Source of the DNA: Octopus vulgaris
Taxonomy: Eukaryota
Assembly: GCA_951406725.2 (NCBI GenBank)
Contig: OX597824.1
Coordinates: 20,088,001 to 20,152,000 of the forward strand
Direction of reading: 5' to 3'
Length of the DNA stretch: 64,000 bases
Shown: positions 17,945 to 30,419 of the stretch, in pieces
Numbering within the stretch: the first letter of the stretch is position 1
How the letters are laid out: each line of letters starts with the position of its first letter
Notes under the pieces: generated by a model
The model's input: the letters and a program-made list of their open reading frames with translations, nothing else
The model's database searches: none
Told to the model about the DNA's origin: nothing
Made by a program: the position numbers and the translations under genes

Positions 17945-18223
17945 ATTCAATAGCATAACGATCAGGATTTGATGTCGCTTCTTATGACAAAACTGGCAGC
18001 GAACAGATGTTCTCATTCCATTCCGCTTTCTTATCAAAGAGAAAACATAAACATTTCTCCATCATCAGAATCAGGGAATTGAAAATCGCTGAAGTGAGTT
18101 GCGTTGATGGAGTGACCAGGAAACAATCAGTTCTACTTAGTTTCAGAGGTAAAAATGAGGTTTATAAGGCTTCATGCCTTTAGCTCCAACAAAGAATTGA
18201 AACTGTACAGTTTCTATATTTAA

Positions 18224-18541
18224 GAGATGAGGAATTATGTACATCATTTACATTATTTACATTTGACGGATAATTGTCCTCATCTTATTACGGGCATATG
18301 GCGTAGAGGTTAAGAGCGCGGGCTACTAACCCCAAGACTCCGAGTTCGATTCCAGCCAGTGACCTGAATAATAATGATAATAATAATAATAATAATAATA
18401 ACATCGAAAAATACCTTAGGAATGAGAAGCCAGGTTCGAAATTTTCCCAAGACACCTGATGATGCCTGGAGAGTATATCAGCCGAAACGTTGTGGTAACA
18501 AGAAACAAGATGACAAATATCCATCAAATGTAAATAATGTA
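18224..18541 (+). mobile_element. tRNA-headed short element with hammerhead/Penelope-type tail and inverted terminal segment
   Basis: A-box tggcgtagaggt, B-box gagttcgattcc, (AAT)n, ctgatga...cagccgaaacgtt; 18250-18286 is the approximate reverse complement of 18508-18541. Confidence 0.72.
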
Positions 18542-18663
18542 ACTAATTGAAACTATGTTGCGGACTCTAATGCACAATGACCACACACCAACGCCCTTTG
18601 CAATTCCCTTGGATTTTTATGTCATTCTGTTAATTTTATATATATATATATATCTATATATAT

Positions 18664-18802
18664 ACTTTATTAAAAAGCAGCAAAATTATCACAAAATCTA
18701 TTACTCAGAGTTTCACGTTCCCGTTCGTCGGACACTTTTTAATAAAGCATATTACTTTACTTCTGGTAACTTTTTCCAACTTGTTTCGCAGTTATGTGTT
18801 TA
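18664..18802 (-). mobile_element. Short TA-embedded Penelope-type element with hammerhead-like motif
   Basis: Minus strand ccgacga-acg-ggaa-cgt-gaaactctgagta; related deleted copy at 7176-7298. Confidence 0.6.
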
Positions 18803-18807
18803 TATAT

Positions 18808-19348
18808 GATGGCTGACCCCTCGTTATCGAGTATGGCCATTGCACAAAGCTTAATCAATGTTGTTATCGTGCAATGCCTGTGCAAAAAGATCTTTTTGTA
18901 AAGTGAGGAAAGGCTGTGCACTGAGTCAATCCCACTCACTAAGCAACAGCAGCCATAATCCGAAAAGAAGAACAAGTCAACATCATCGGTAACCACTGAG
19001 CCGCAGATTTATGTCGGAGTTATCCCAGTTACCTGAGTTACCTTCTCCTAGAAGGATGCCCTAAAAAAGGCTAGGAGTCCTTCACTCCCAATGGTTTAAC
19101 CACGCGATCGGGTAGGGTATTCAGTCCGATTACTTCTATGTCCCCGCACATGATACAGCCTTAAGACATTTACTGTATGGCCGTTGACTCTCAAGAGTTT
19201 CTCCGCCCTTTGACGGGTTATGTTTTTCATCCCGCAGGGTGACCAATAAACACCCTCCTCACCAAGCAAGCTTGATGGGGGTTGCCGGTTTAGTCGCCGA
19301 CGACCCGACCATGCAACAGGTTGTACTGGGTTACATGTTACCAGCAGT
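18808..19348 (-). mobile_element. Probable RTE-derived non-autonomous element (RTE-like 5' UTR)
   Basis: Minus strand ggcgactaaacc and ggcatccttctaggagaaggtaactc resemble RTE 5' UTR motifs; no ORF. Confidence 0.45.
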
Positions 19349-19351
19349 ATT

Positions 19352-19672
<321 letters not shown>

Positions 19673-19698
19673 GATATATATATATATATAGATGTATA

Positions 19699-19866
19699 CA
19701 GTAATCCCTCGCCATATCGCGGTTCGCTTATCGCGGTTTATTATTTAAGCTTACGTCGATTCCTCCACGGTGTTGTTTTGCATTTATAACAAAATAAATA
19801 TATACAAATTATACAAATTATAAAAATAAAATATATACCGTACAGGACTGTTCCTACTTCGCGGAT
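19699..19866 (+). mobile_element. Tigger/pogo-like MITE left end
   Basis: ta|cagtaatccctcgccatatcgcggttcgcttatcgcgg; no intact right TIR seen. Confidence 0.5.
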
Positions 19867-20160
19867 GGTTTGCATGCTATTTGTATGTCGTTAGTCGTGG
19901 ACTGGCGAAATGATTCATCTCCGATCCTGTTCTGGTACGTGATGTTGATAAGCCACAAAAAATTGGCGAAACATTGATGACTATCACTCCTGAATGGGAT
20001 CCACTGATGTCCATCACTCCTAAATGGGGTCCATTGATGTTCATCACTCCTGACTGATCACCTATCTGTAACTTTCAAGTGTTTTAACAGCCGGCATTTT
20101 GAGAGAATAATCTCCACAAACGGCAAATCGCAGCCGACTGGCAAATACATGGTTGGTATG

Positions 20161-20546
20161 TGGAAGCACTCCGTCGGTTACGACGATGAGGGTTCCGGTT
20201 GATCCGACCAACGGAACAGCCTGCTATTGAAATTAACGTGTAAGTGGCTGAGCACTCCACAGACACGTGTACCCTTAACGTAGTTCTCGGGGATATTCAG
20301 CGTGACACAGAGAGTGACAAGGCCGGCCCTTTGAAATACAGGTACAACAGAAACAGGAAGAAAGAGTGAGAGAAAGTTGTGGCGAAAGAGTACAGCAGGG
20401 ATCACCACCATCCCCTGCCGGAGCCTCATGGAGCTTTTAGGTGTTTTCGCTCAATAAACACTCACAACGCCCGGTCTGGGAATCGAAACCACGATCCTAC
20501 GACCGCAAGTCCGCTGCTCTAACCACTGGGCCATTGCGCCTCCACA
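20161..20546 (-). mobile_element. SINE family C with a third tail type
   Basis: Same tRNA-like head as 28831 and 63110 but tail ...gtcacgctgaatatccccgagaactacg...accgacggagtgcttcca; acatggttggtat directly repeated on both flanks. Confidence 0.85.
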
Positions 20547-20578
20547 CATGGTTGGTATACGTTAAGCATACGTGGTTG

Positions 20579-20620
<42 letters not shown>

Positions 20621-20621
<1 letters not shown>

Positions 20622-20951
20622 TTGAAATTTACAGAAAAACAAAAAACGAAAATAGGTGTATAAACAACGAGCAGGTGTATTAGTTTGACGCTCGGGAAAA
20701 TGAGAAAATCATTTACGTTTCGAGCCTACGCTCTTCAGCAGAAAGGGACACGATGAAATAAACAGACAATATATATATATATATATATCCTTCTCTGGGT
20801 CTTTCCTTCTCCTATGTTTCCGACGAAGAGCTCCGCTCGAAACGTTAAACCCTCCTTCTTCCCTTCTTTCCTGAGCGTCCAATAATACTATATTTGTTCC
20901 ACGTCCTCGCGCTGTTGTGTTTTTGTTTTGTGCTTTCTTGTTTGGATTAAC

Positions 20952-21016
<65 letters not shown>

Positions 21017-21225
21017 CGGGAAGCTTTATGAAAATAAACAAAAGACGAAGGCAGGTGGAATACAAACAAACAATTGTATTAGTATGGCGCCCAGGAATAT
21101 AAATAAAACAAGTCTTTTACGTTTCGAGCCTACGCTCTTCAACAGAAAGATACACAGAAAAGAAACACAGAAAGAAACAAGGAGAGAAAAAAAATGCGTG
21201 CAGAGGCTAGCGAATCAACATGGCG

Positions 21226-21226
<1 letters not shown>
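20621..21226. mobile_element. Cluster of three short Penelope-type elements in (TA)n, each with a minimal hammerhead-like motif
   Basis: Minus-strand motifs near 20712-20740 and 21115-21148 (ctg[c/t]tga-a-gagc-gtag-gctc-gaaacgta); plus-strand motif at 20820-20850. Confidence 0.72.
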
Positions 21227-21275
<49 letters not shown>

Positions 21276-21315
21276 TCGTATATAGATAGATAGATAGATA
21301 GATAGATATTCTCGT

Positions 21316-21367
<52 letters not shown>

Positions 21368-21524
21368 GTTGATTGCTTGATTGATAACTTCAGCATAGTC
21401 AACCGCTGTCTTAGCTTCATAAACATGGATAATAATATATGAGTAGAAAAATATATTGGTTTGAATGACAGTGTTTATGGGGTTTTCACAATATCTTTCA
21501 AGGGAGATCCATCGTGTACGAATT

Positions 21525-21592
21525 CAGTAGTCGTCGCCGTCGTTGTCGTCGTAGTCGTCGCCGTCATTATCATCATCATCATTATCATTTTG

Positions 21593-21630
<38 letters not shown>

Positions 21631-22374
21631 GTGCAGTAGTAACAGCAGCAGCAGCACAGGGTGCATATGCAGTGCATTTGTGCAGGAATATATATTGTAA
21701 TAGATGTTTGATTCGCCATGCCTGTGAAGTGACGGCAAAGAGGTAAATTACTCTTTATCTATCAGCGGGAATTACCGGCCCGCACCTCCGGACTTCCGTC
21801 ATCTTCATCGCACACCGCTGCCGCCGCCGCCGCTACCGCCGCCACCACCATCACCACCACCACTACCACCACCACTACTACTGCCGCCGTCGCCGCCACA
21901 GTCACTACCGTAATCATCATTATCATCATTATCATCATCATTATCAGCACCACTATTATCACCACCATCAGCATTATCTTCATCCGCATTATCCTGCTCC
22001 TCCTCCTCCTCCTCTTCTTCTTCCTACCCCTCCTCCTACTCCTTCTCTTCTTCCTCCTCCTCCTCTCCATCATTGTCATCTTCAATTTCGCCCTCCTCCT
22101 TCTCCTCATCATCATCATCATCCTCACCATCATCGTCATCTTCAATGTCCTCCTCCTCTTCCTCCTCCTCATCATCATCACCATGACCATCATCATCATC
22201 ATCGTCATCGTCATCATCATCATCAAACCCTACGCCTCAGTGTCTCAAATTCTTTCATCACGATTACCATAACCACTTCGCCCCACCACAAAAACCACCA
22301 CCACCACCACCACCATCATCATCATCCTCATTATTGTCATCACCGCTGCCATACCTCCTTTCCGCCCTCACCAC

Positions 22375-22406
<32 letters not shown>

Positions 22407-24277
22407 CCATCACCCCCCACCACCATCACTACTACCACCACCACCGTAATCATTATCATCACTATCACCTTCACCGTCATCATCCTCACCATCGCCAACA
22501 CCACCAACACCCACCTCATCACCATTGCAATCATCATCATCATCATCGTCATCACCACCACCACCACCATCGTAGACATCGTCATCATCATCCTCACCAT
22601 CGCCACCACTGCCATCACCACCAACACCGTCCTCGTCACCATCGCCATCATCATTGTCTTCATCACTTGAGTCTTCATCTCACTGTCATCAATATCCTTC
22701 TTCCTCTTCCTCCTCCTACTCCTATCCTCTTTCTCTTCTTTTTCATCGTCAGCATCATCAGCATCATCAACAGCATCGATGTCATCAATCCCTATTATTA
22801 ACATCATTATAATCACCACCACTACCACCACCACCATTTTCAAGAACAGCACCACTGCAATTACACTACCTCTCTTCACCCCACAACTACTATCGCCGCC
22901 ACCACCACCGCATCCACAATCACTAACACCACCACAGCCACCACCACCACCATCACCACCACGACTACCACCACCACCACCATCACCACCACTTCCATCA
23001 CCACCACTTCCACCACTACCATCACCGCCACCACCACAACCGTCACACCACTTCCACCACTACCACTACCACCACCACCACTACCACCACCACCACCACT
23101 ACCACCACCACCACCACCACCATCACCACCACTTCCACCACTACCACCACCACCATCACCGCCACCACCACCACCGTCACCACCACTTCCACCACTACAA
23201 CCACCACCACTACCACCACCACCACCACCATCACCACCACCACTTCCACCACTACCACTACCAACACCTCCACCACCACCACTACCAACACCTCCACCAC
23301 TACCACTACCACTACCACCACCCCCACCACCACAATCACCACCACTTCCACCACTACAACCACCACCACTACCCACCACCACCACCACCATCACCACCAC
23401 TTCCACCACTACCACCACCACCATCACCGCCACCACCACCACCGTCACCACCACTTCCACCACTACCACTACCAACACCTCCACCACCACCATCACCACC
23501 CCTCCACCACTACCACTACCACCACCACCACCACCACCACAATCACCACCACTTCCACCACTACAACCACCACCACTACCACCACCACTACCACCATCAC
23601 CACCACCACTTCCACCACTATCACCACCACCACCACCACCACCACCGCCGCCATCACCACAACAACTACAGTAAGTTATTTACCGGATATAACATAAACA
23701 AGAAGAAAATCTAAATACTTTGATTGCAGCCGGGTGGTGGGGATGCGGATGGTGGTGGTGGGGGACGAGGGTGATAATAACTGCGTGTGGTGGTGGTGGT
23801 GGTGGTGGTGGTGGGTGGGTAAGTGTAGGGGTGGCAGTGTGCAAGCAAGAAAAACGTTCGCCTTGTTAAGCCACCCTGTCACATTAAGGGTATATCAGAA
23901 CCGGATGTCTGTTCTGACCTCCTCGTAGCGCGCTGGACTCTGATAAAGAATAGACATCCACTGGTCATCGACTGGGCGGCGTTTTTATGTGCAGCATGTG
24001 CAGCAGAAGCATAAACATCAACAGCAGCAGCAGCAGCAGTAGCAGTAGTAGTAGTAGTAGTAGTGGTGGTGGTGGTGGTGGTGGTGGTGGTAGTGGTGGT
24101 GGTGGTGGTTGTGGTGGTTGTGGTGGTGGTGGTGGTGGTGGTGGTAGTAGTAGTAGTAGTAGTGGTGGTGGTGGTGGTGGTGGTAGTAGTAGTAGTAGTT
24201 GTGGTGGTGGTGGTGATAGTATTTGTAGTAGTAGTAGTGGTGGTGGTGGTTGTGGTGGTGGTGGTGGTGGTAGTAGC

Positions 24278-24319
<42 letters not shown>

Positions 24320-24418
24320 TGTGGTGGTGGTGGTGGTGGTAGTGATAGTATTTGTAGTAGTACTAGTAGTAGTAGTGGTGGTAGTGGTGGTTGTGGTAGT
24401 GGTGGTTATGGTGGTGGT

Positions 24419-24453
<35 letters not shown>

Positions 24454-24485
24454 TAGTAGTACTAGTAGTGGTGGTGGTAGTGATG

Positions 24486-24535
<50 letters not shown>

Positions 24536-24835
24536 TGTAGCAGTGAGAGTGACAGTAGTGGTGACGGTGAGGTGGTGGTGGTGATGATGGTGGTGGTTGT
24601 GGTGATGGTGGTGGCGGCAGCCGTGAGAGTAAGAATTTTATGATGATGATGATGATGATGACGGCGACGTTGACGATGATCATCATCATCATTGTCATCA
24701 TCATGAAGTATAATAATAATAGTAATAATAATAACAACAACAACAATAATGCTTTCTTTATTAATCACAACGGGTTGGAAAATAACATAGGGGACGGTTC
24801 GAGTGTAAAATAATAATAATAACAACAACAACAAC

Positions 24836-24882
<47 letters not shown>

Positions 24883-24902
24883 TGATAATAATAATAATGA
24901 TG

Positions 24903-24939
<37 letters not shown>

Positions 24940-25110
24940 CAACAACAATAATAATAATAATGATAGTAATAATGATAATAATAATAATAATGATAATAAT
25001 AATAACAACAATAACAACAACAACAACAATAGTAATAATAATAATAATAAAAATAATAATAATGATGATAATGATAATAATAATAATAATAACAACAACA
25101 ACAACAACAA

Positions 25111-25155
<45 letters not shown>
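21525..25155. repeat. Large trinucleotide low-complexity block: (ATC), (ACC), (GGT), (AGT), (AAT)
   Basis: Read directly; short unique islands at ~21640-21800 and ~23670-24020. Confidence 0.95.
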
Positions 25156-25157
<2 letters not shown>

Positions 25158-26055
25158 AGGGAGTAAAAGATAAGGAAGTATTTGTTTTGAAGATAATACG
25201 ATTGAAGGAAGTGGGATGTAACCACCCATTGTCGTTGATTGGAAGTTAGAGATAAAAGGGTAAGATGGCGCCGTATGAACTTTGTGGTAAAGCAACCGAT
25301 GAAACCATGAGCGGGGAATAACATCCAGAGAGGGAGAGAGATAGAGAGAGAGAGCGAGGTATATGGTCGGTAACATTTCGGTAAGGAGTCTGGTATGAGG
25401 AAGTTGCGTAACGAAAGCAGTAAGATGGTCTCAGGTTTGAGGGTAGCCTTCTCCCTAACTTCCTTCATCAGTCTTGGAGGCCCTGTAAAGAAGAAGGGTC
25501 ACGAACGTGTGGCCCTTTAAAATAATAGAAGTTAGAATGACACGGTGATTCACTCTTTGCTCATAGGTAGACGTAAATGAATTCGATTTAGTAGGAACAT
25601 GAGAGTTATCTACACTTTCTTCTGGTGATCTGTACATCGCGGGTATGGATGGCTGTGTGTTTAAATTAAGTTCTCTTAGCAGTCACGTGGTTTCAAGTTC
25701 AATTTCACTGTACAGCACCTGGAAATCATTCGTCACACATCCTGTGACCTCTTCAACGACTCTCCATCACACGTGTCTCCTGTTCTTTTTAGTCCATGCC
25801 GTCTTTCTAGATAGAAGGGCGGAATGGACTAAACAGAGCAGGATGTGTGACGAAAGATTTCCAGGAAAAGGACATCAAGAACAATTATAAACCTGAAGCG
25901 AAGAACGAATATACAGTGCGTGTATTTATTTGGCAAAACAAAAATGACCGTCCCGAAAAGCCAGTGATGCACGATGTGGTCCAAGTGGATCGCTAGTAGT
26001 CCGGTACCGGAGGCTTGGTGGTCCATGGTAAGTTTCATAGGGCCAAGGTACTTAT

Positions 26056-26415
26056 TCTTTTACTTGTTTCAGTCATTTGACTGCGGCCATGCTGAAGCAC
26101 CGCCTTCAGTCGAGCGAATCGACCCCAGGACTTATTCTTTGTAAGCCTAGTACTTATTCTATCGGTCTCTTTTGCCGAACGCTCAGTTATGGGGACGGAA
26201 ACACATCAACATTGGTTGTCAGGCGATGGTGGGAAGGGGGAAAACACAAAGACACACACAAGCATATATATATATACACACACACGATGAGCTTCTTTCA
26301 GTTTCTCTCTACCAAATCCACTCACAAGGATTTGATTCGCCCTAGGCTATAGTCGAAGACACTTGCCATGCAGTGGGACTGAACCTAGGACCATGTGGTT
26401 GGGAAGCAAGCTTCT
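26056..26415 (-). mobile_element. SINE family A, interrupted near its 5' end
   Basis: ttttacttgtttcagtcatttgactgcggccatgctg...; probable remaining head piece at ~27123-27151. Confidence 0.8.
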
Positions 26416-26416
26416 T

Positions 26417-27016
26417 ATTTCTTTATTGCCCACAAGGGGCTAAACATAGAGGGGACAAACAAGGACAGACAAACGGATTAAGTCGATTATATCGACTCCA
26501 GTGCGCAAATGGTACTTATTTTATCGACCTCAAAAGGATGAAAGGCAAAGTCGACCTCGGCAGAATTTGAACTCAGAACGTTGCGGCAGACGAAATATCT
26601 ATTTCTTTACTACCCACAAGGGGCTAAACACAGAGAGGACAAACATGGACAGACAAACGGATTAAGTCGGTTATATCGACCCCAGTGAATAATAGGTGCT
26701 TATTTAATCGACCCCGAAAGGATGAAAGGCAAAGTCGACCTCGGTGGAATTTGAACTCAGAACGTAACGGCAGACGAAATACCTATTTCTTTACTACACA
26801 CAAGGGGCTAAACACAGAGAGGACAAACAAGGACAGACAAATGGATTAAGTCGATTACATCGACCCCAGTGCGTAACTGGTACTTAATTTATCGACCCCG
26901 AAAGGATGAAAGACAAAGTCGACCTCGGCGGAATTTGAACTCAGAACGTAAAGACAGACGAAATACTGCTAAACATTTCGTCCGGCGTGCTAACGTTTCT
27001 GCCAGCTCGCCGCCTT
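26417..27016 (-). mobile_element. SINE family B tandem array (three units)
   Basis: Three cores, single head at ~27015. Confidence 0.87.
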
Positions 27017-27199
27017 ATCTCAGACCAAAAAAAAAAAAAAAAAAATGGCTTGTAAAGACAAGGAATGTCTTCATATATCGATAAGACGGGGAAAGAATTT
27101 TGTAAACGTCACTAGCCGTGTGAGCTTCTTACCACACGCTACACCTGCGCCTATTAATAGTATTTTCTTTTCACATATGACTGTAAAATTTATATCAAT

Positions 27200-27800
27200 A
27201 GCTTGCTTTGCAAACACATGGTTTTAGATTCAGTCCCACCGTGTGACACCTTGGACAACTGTCTTCTACTTATAACCTTGGATCAACCAATGCCTTGATT
27301 GCGAAAATGGCAGAGGAAACTGTGCGGAAGCCCATTGGATATATATGTGGAGGGGTGTATGTGTACTAGTGTTTAAGTGTATGTAAGTGTGCATGTGTAT
27401 GTATGTATGTGTTTGTGTATGTTTGTTCCTCCCACCATCGCTTAGCAACGGGTGTTGGTTTGCTTATGTCCCCCATAACTTAGCGGGTCGGTAAAAGAAA
27501 CCGATATAGTAAGTACCAGACTTTAATAACATATAAGTCCTAGGGTTGATTTGTTCAACTAAACTCTTCAAAGCAGTGCCCCAGCATGACCGCAATCCAA
27601 TGACTGAAACAAGTAAGAGATAAAAGAAAAAAATGTCTTTTATCTTTTACTTGTTTCAGTCATTGGACTGTGGTCATGCTGGGGCACCGCCTTAAATGTT
27701 TAGTCGAATGAATCGACCCCAGTACTTTTTAAAGTCTGGTACATATCAATTTAGACACACCAGCACCTGTTGTCAAGCGGGGTACAAAGACACAAGGAAT
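27200..27800. mobile_element. Two older diverged SINE A copies, tail-to-tail
   Basis: Plus copy 27200-27630 and minus partial copy 27640-27800. Confidence 0.7.
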
Positions 27801-28454
27801 CATACACACACACACACACATACACCTCCCACACACACACATACACCTCCCACACACACACATAGCGATGTATTAGATGCTAATAAATTACATCCAAGGA
27901 TTATTGTTATTATTATTATGACATATACCTTATATATAAATGGCAGTTATTGTCTGCCTGTTACCATCTTGCTGCCTATACCAGCGAACCAATCTTCACG
28001 AAACTTTGCATACATGTTAAACTAACATCTAGTTAAATTATAGGCTAATTGGATTTCAATAAAAATCGATAATGGACCCAGCTACGGGGTTGAGCTCTTA
28101 TATGATAAAATGAGAAGTGTGCCAAGAATGTTAGGTTGAAGGAAATGTGGTGACATATTGAGGGTGGCTGATATCAGGGAAGGGGAAGAGACAGAGAAAC
28201 AGGGAATGTGAGAGACAGAGAGAGAGAACGAGAGACAGGGACAGAGCGGAAGTGAGAGAATGTGTATACCTAAGGGAACAGCGAATTTTAATACTTTGAT
28301 CTTTAAGTTTTACCTATCACTTAACGCATACGATTTAGTGAATTAACTATCGTATGCTCAGTCAAAACTTTTACAATATGTCCAACAACGGATGTAAAAC
28401 TAACAAGTGAAAGGTAAAGTGTTTTTATATTTGTTTTCAAATTACCGTATTAAG

Positions 28455-28521
<67 letters not shown>

Positions 28522-28524
<3 letters not shown>

Positions 28525-28735
28525 CGGGAAGCTTTATGAAAATAAACAAAAGACGACTAGTGTATCTTGGAATACAAACAAACAATTGTATTAGGGTATG
28601 GCGCTCAGGAATAGTACAATAGTACAAGTTTCTTTTGAACGTTTCGAGCCTACGCTCTTCAACAGAATGATACACAGAAAAAAAACACAGAAAGAAACAA
28701 GGAGAGAAAAAATGCGTGCAGAAGCTAGCGAATCA
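28522..28735 (-). mobile_element. Short Penelope-type element in (TA)n, near-identical to 21014-21218
   Basis: taacgggaagctttatgaaaataaacaaaagacg...cgtttcgagcctacgctcttcaacag. Confidence 0.8.
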
Positions 28736-28750
28736 AAAAAAAAAAAACTA

Positions 28751-28781
<31 letters not shown>

Positions 28782-28802
28782 TGTTTGTGTGTGTGTGTAA
28801 CG

Positions 28803-28830
<28 letters not shown>

Positions 28831-28834
<4 letters not shown>

Positions 28835-29116
28835 AGGCGCAATGTCCCAGTGGTTAGGGCAGCGGACTCGCGGTCGTAGGATCGCGGTTTCGATTCCCAG
28901 ACCGGGCGTTATTTATTGAGCGAAAACACCTAAAAGCTCCACGAGGCTCCTGCAGGGGGGTAGCGATCTCTGCTGTACTCTTTCGCCACTCTTTCTTTCA
29001 CTCTTTCTTCAGTTTGCCTGCTCGCTTAGCCAGCGGGGTGGCGTCATTCGAAGGCTAAAACAATGCGAACGCATTGTGATCAGCGATGTGTAACAACATC
29101 TGGTCGGTCACGTGAT

Positions 29117-29123
<7 letters not shown>
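28831..29123 (+). mobile_element. SINE family C with tail ending tcacgtgatcacgtga
   Basis: Head gtggaggcgcaatgtcccagtggttagggcagcggactcgcggtcg...ggtttcgattccc. Confidence 0.88.
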
Positions 29124-29159
<36 letters not shown>

Positions 29160-29399
29160 CATGATGGACTTTCCCGCTGCAGACGACGTATGGGCGTTCA
29201 GCTTTTGCCGAACGATTTGCACAAATGATTTGTTTATAACGATCAAATGCTCGTGGCCGCACATTAGCTCCTTCTGTCCAACAATTCAATGTTGCCTGAA
29301 CAGGTGCACAAGTATGCCACGAATCAGGTGTCAAAGTTGTCGCAGAGCAACGTGAGAGGAAGTGTTTTATATGAATGTATATGTATATATATATATATT

Positions 29400-29603
29400 G
29401 TGACTGCATGTGTATCGTTAGCGAATTTTTTTCTCCGTCTTCCCTTCCTTGGATCTTTCCTTTTTCTATGTTTCTGACGAAGAGCTCCGCTCGAAACATT
29501 AAATCCTCCTTCTTTCTTTCTTTTCCTGAGCGTCCAATAACTCTATACTTGTTCCACGTCCTCGCGTTGTTGTGTTTTCTCTTTGTGTTTTCATGTTTGG
29601 ATT

Positions 29604-29606
<3 letters not shown>
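29400..29606 (+). mobile_element. Short Penelope-type element with minimal hammerhead motif
   Basis: ctgacga-a-gagc-tcc-gctc-gaaac at 29474-29497; homologous to 20788-20952; TA tracts on both sides. Confidence 0.75.
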
Positions 29607-29693
<87 letters not shown>

Positions 29694-29762
29694 AATTCGG
29701 GGTGAGTACTTGATAATTATAAGCACCTGTGTATACCGTTTGGTGGTGTAGGTGGTGGAGTA

Positions 29763-30129
29763 AATTGATCAAAATAAAAACATGATGCCAAGGATTCAGC
29801 GGTACATATGTTTCGGGCCTTTATTAGACAGATTTATAACAATGCATAATGTATGTCTGTGGACTTCTTCAGCCGCGCACAACAGCTTCCACAAGGACAT
29901 GTGTTACATCAAAAATTCTATGCTGTTGCCGCATTATGTCGTACGCGAATGAGAGGATTTGCATCCCCAACCAAGAATTTTTGATGTAACACATGTCCTT
30001 GTGGAAGCTGTTGTGCGCGGCTGAAGAAGGCCACAGACATACATTATGCATTGTTATAAATCTGTCTAATAAAGGCCCGAAACATATGTACCGCTGAATC
30101 CTTGGCATCATGTTTTTATTTTGATCAAT

Positions 30130-30130
<1 letters not shown>
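29763..30130. repeat. Inverted repeat, 157-bp arms (29763-29919 / 29974-30130), 54-bp spacer
   Basis: Arms are reverse complements with one mismatch seen (ggac vs ggcc). Confidence 0.95.
30017..30094 (+). ncRNA. Type I hammerhead ribozyme motif with palindromic stem III
   Basis: gcgg CUGAAGA a-ggcc...ggcc-c GAAA cauaugUA ccgc; stem I gcgg/ccgc; ACATATGT palindrome; GUA cleavage triplet. Confidence 0.7.
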
Positions 30131-30161
<31 letters not shown>

Positions 30162-30273
30162 TTCAAACACAAGCGTATGCACATGTATATTTCAAAATGA
30201 TGCTTAAGTGATCCTTCACAAGTGTATTTGTCTCTTTCTTTATTGCACATTTTGTTTCTCTTCTTTTTCTCTC

Positions 30274-30307
30274 TTTCTGATGAAGGACTTACGTCTGAAA
30301 CGTTAAA
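30274..30307 (+). ncRNA. Minimal hammerhead motif
   Basis: ttt CUGAUGA a ggac-ttac-gtct GAAA cgtt aaa. Confidence 0.55.
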
Positions 30308-30419
30308 ACTATTTCTATATCTCTGAGCGTTAATAATTTAGTACATCGCACTATTTTGTTTTTGTTACTTTTGTTCTCCTATATACATATAGGTTGTCAA
30401 ACATATACATACATACCAT

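Noticed and set aside
18990-19348. HDV-like ribozyme in the RTE-like 5' UTR
   Set aside because: Expected for some RTEs, but I could not assemble the nested double pseudoknot by eye; needs an RNArobo/Infernal search.
19972-20053. 30-bp tandem repeat, under three copies
   Set aside because: Ordinary small minisatellite with no further structure.
22334-25468. His/Pro/Gly/Ser-rich ORFs resembling structural proteins
   Set aside because: Open in several frames on both strands because (CAC)/(GGT) repeats contain no stops; no splice or codon evidence.
25156-25640. Possible CR1/L2 3' remnant on the minus strand
   Set aside because: Only faint resemblance (LPKC...LW..FP); cannot be supported without a search.
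28831-28905. tRNA-Arg gene (also at 43365, 63110, 18292)
   Set aside because: Heads run directly into SINE bodies and lack a proper acceptor stem; SINE heads rather than tRNA genes.
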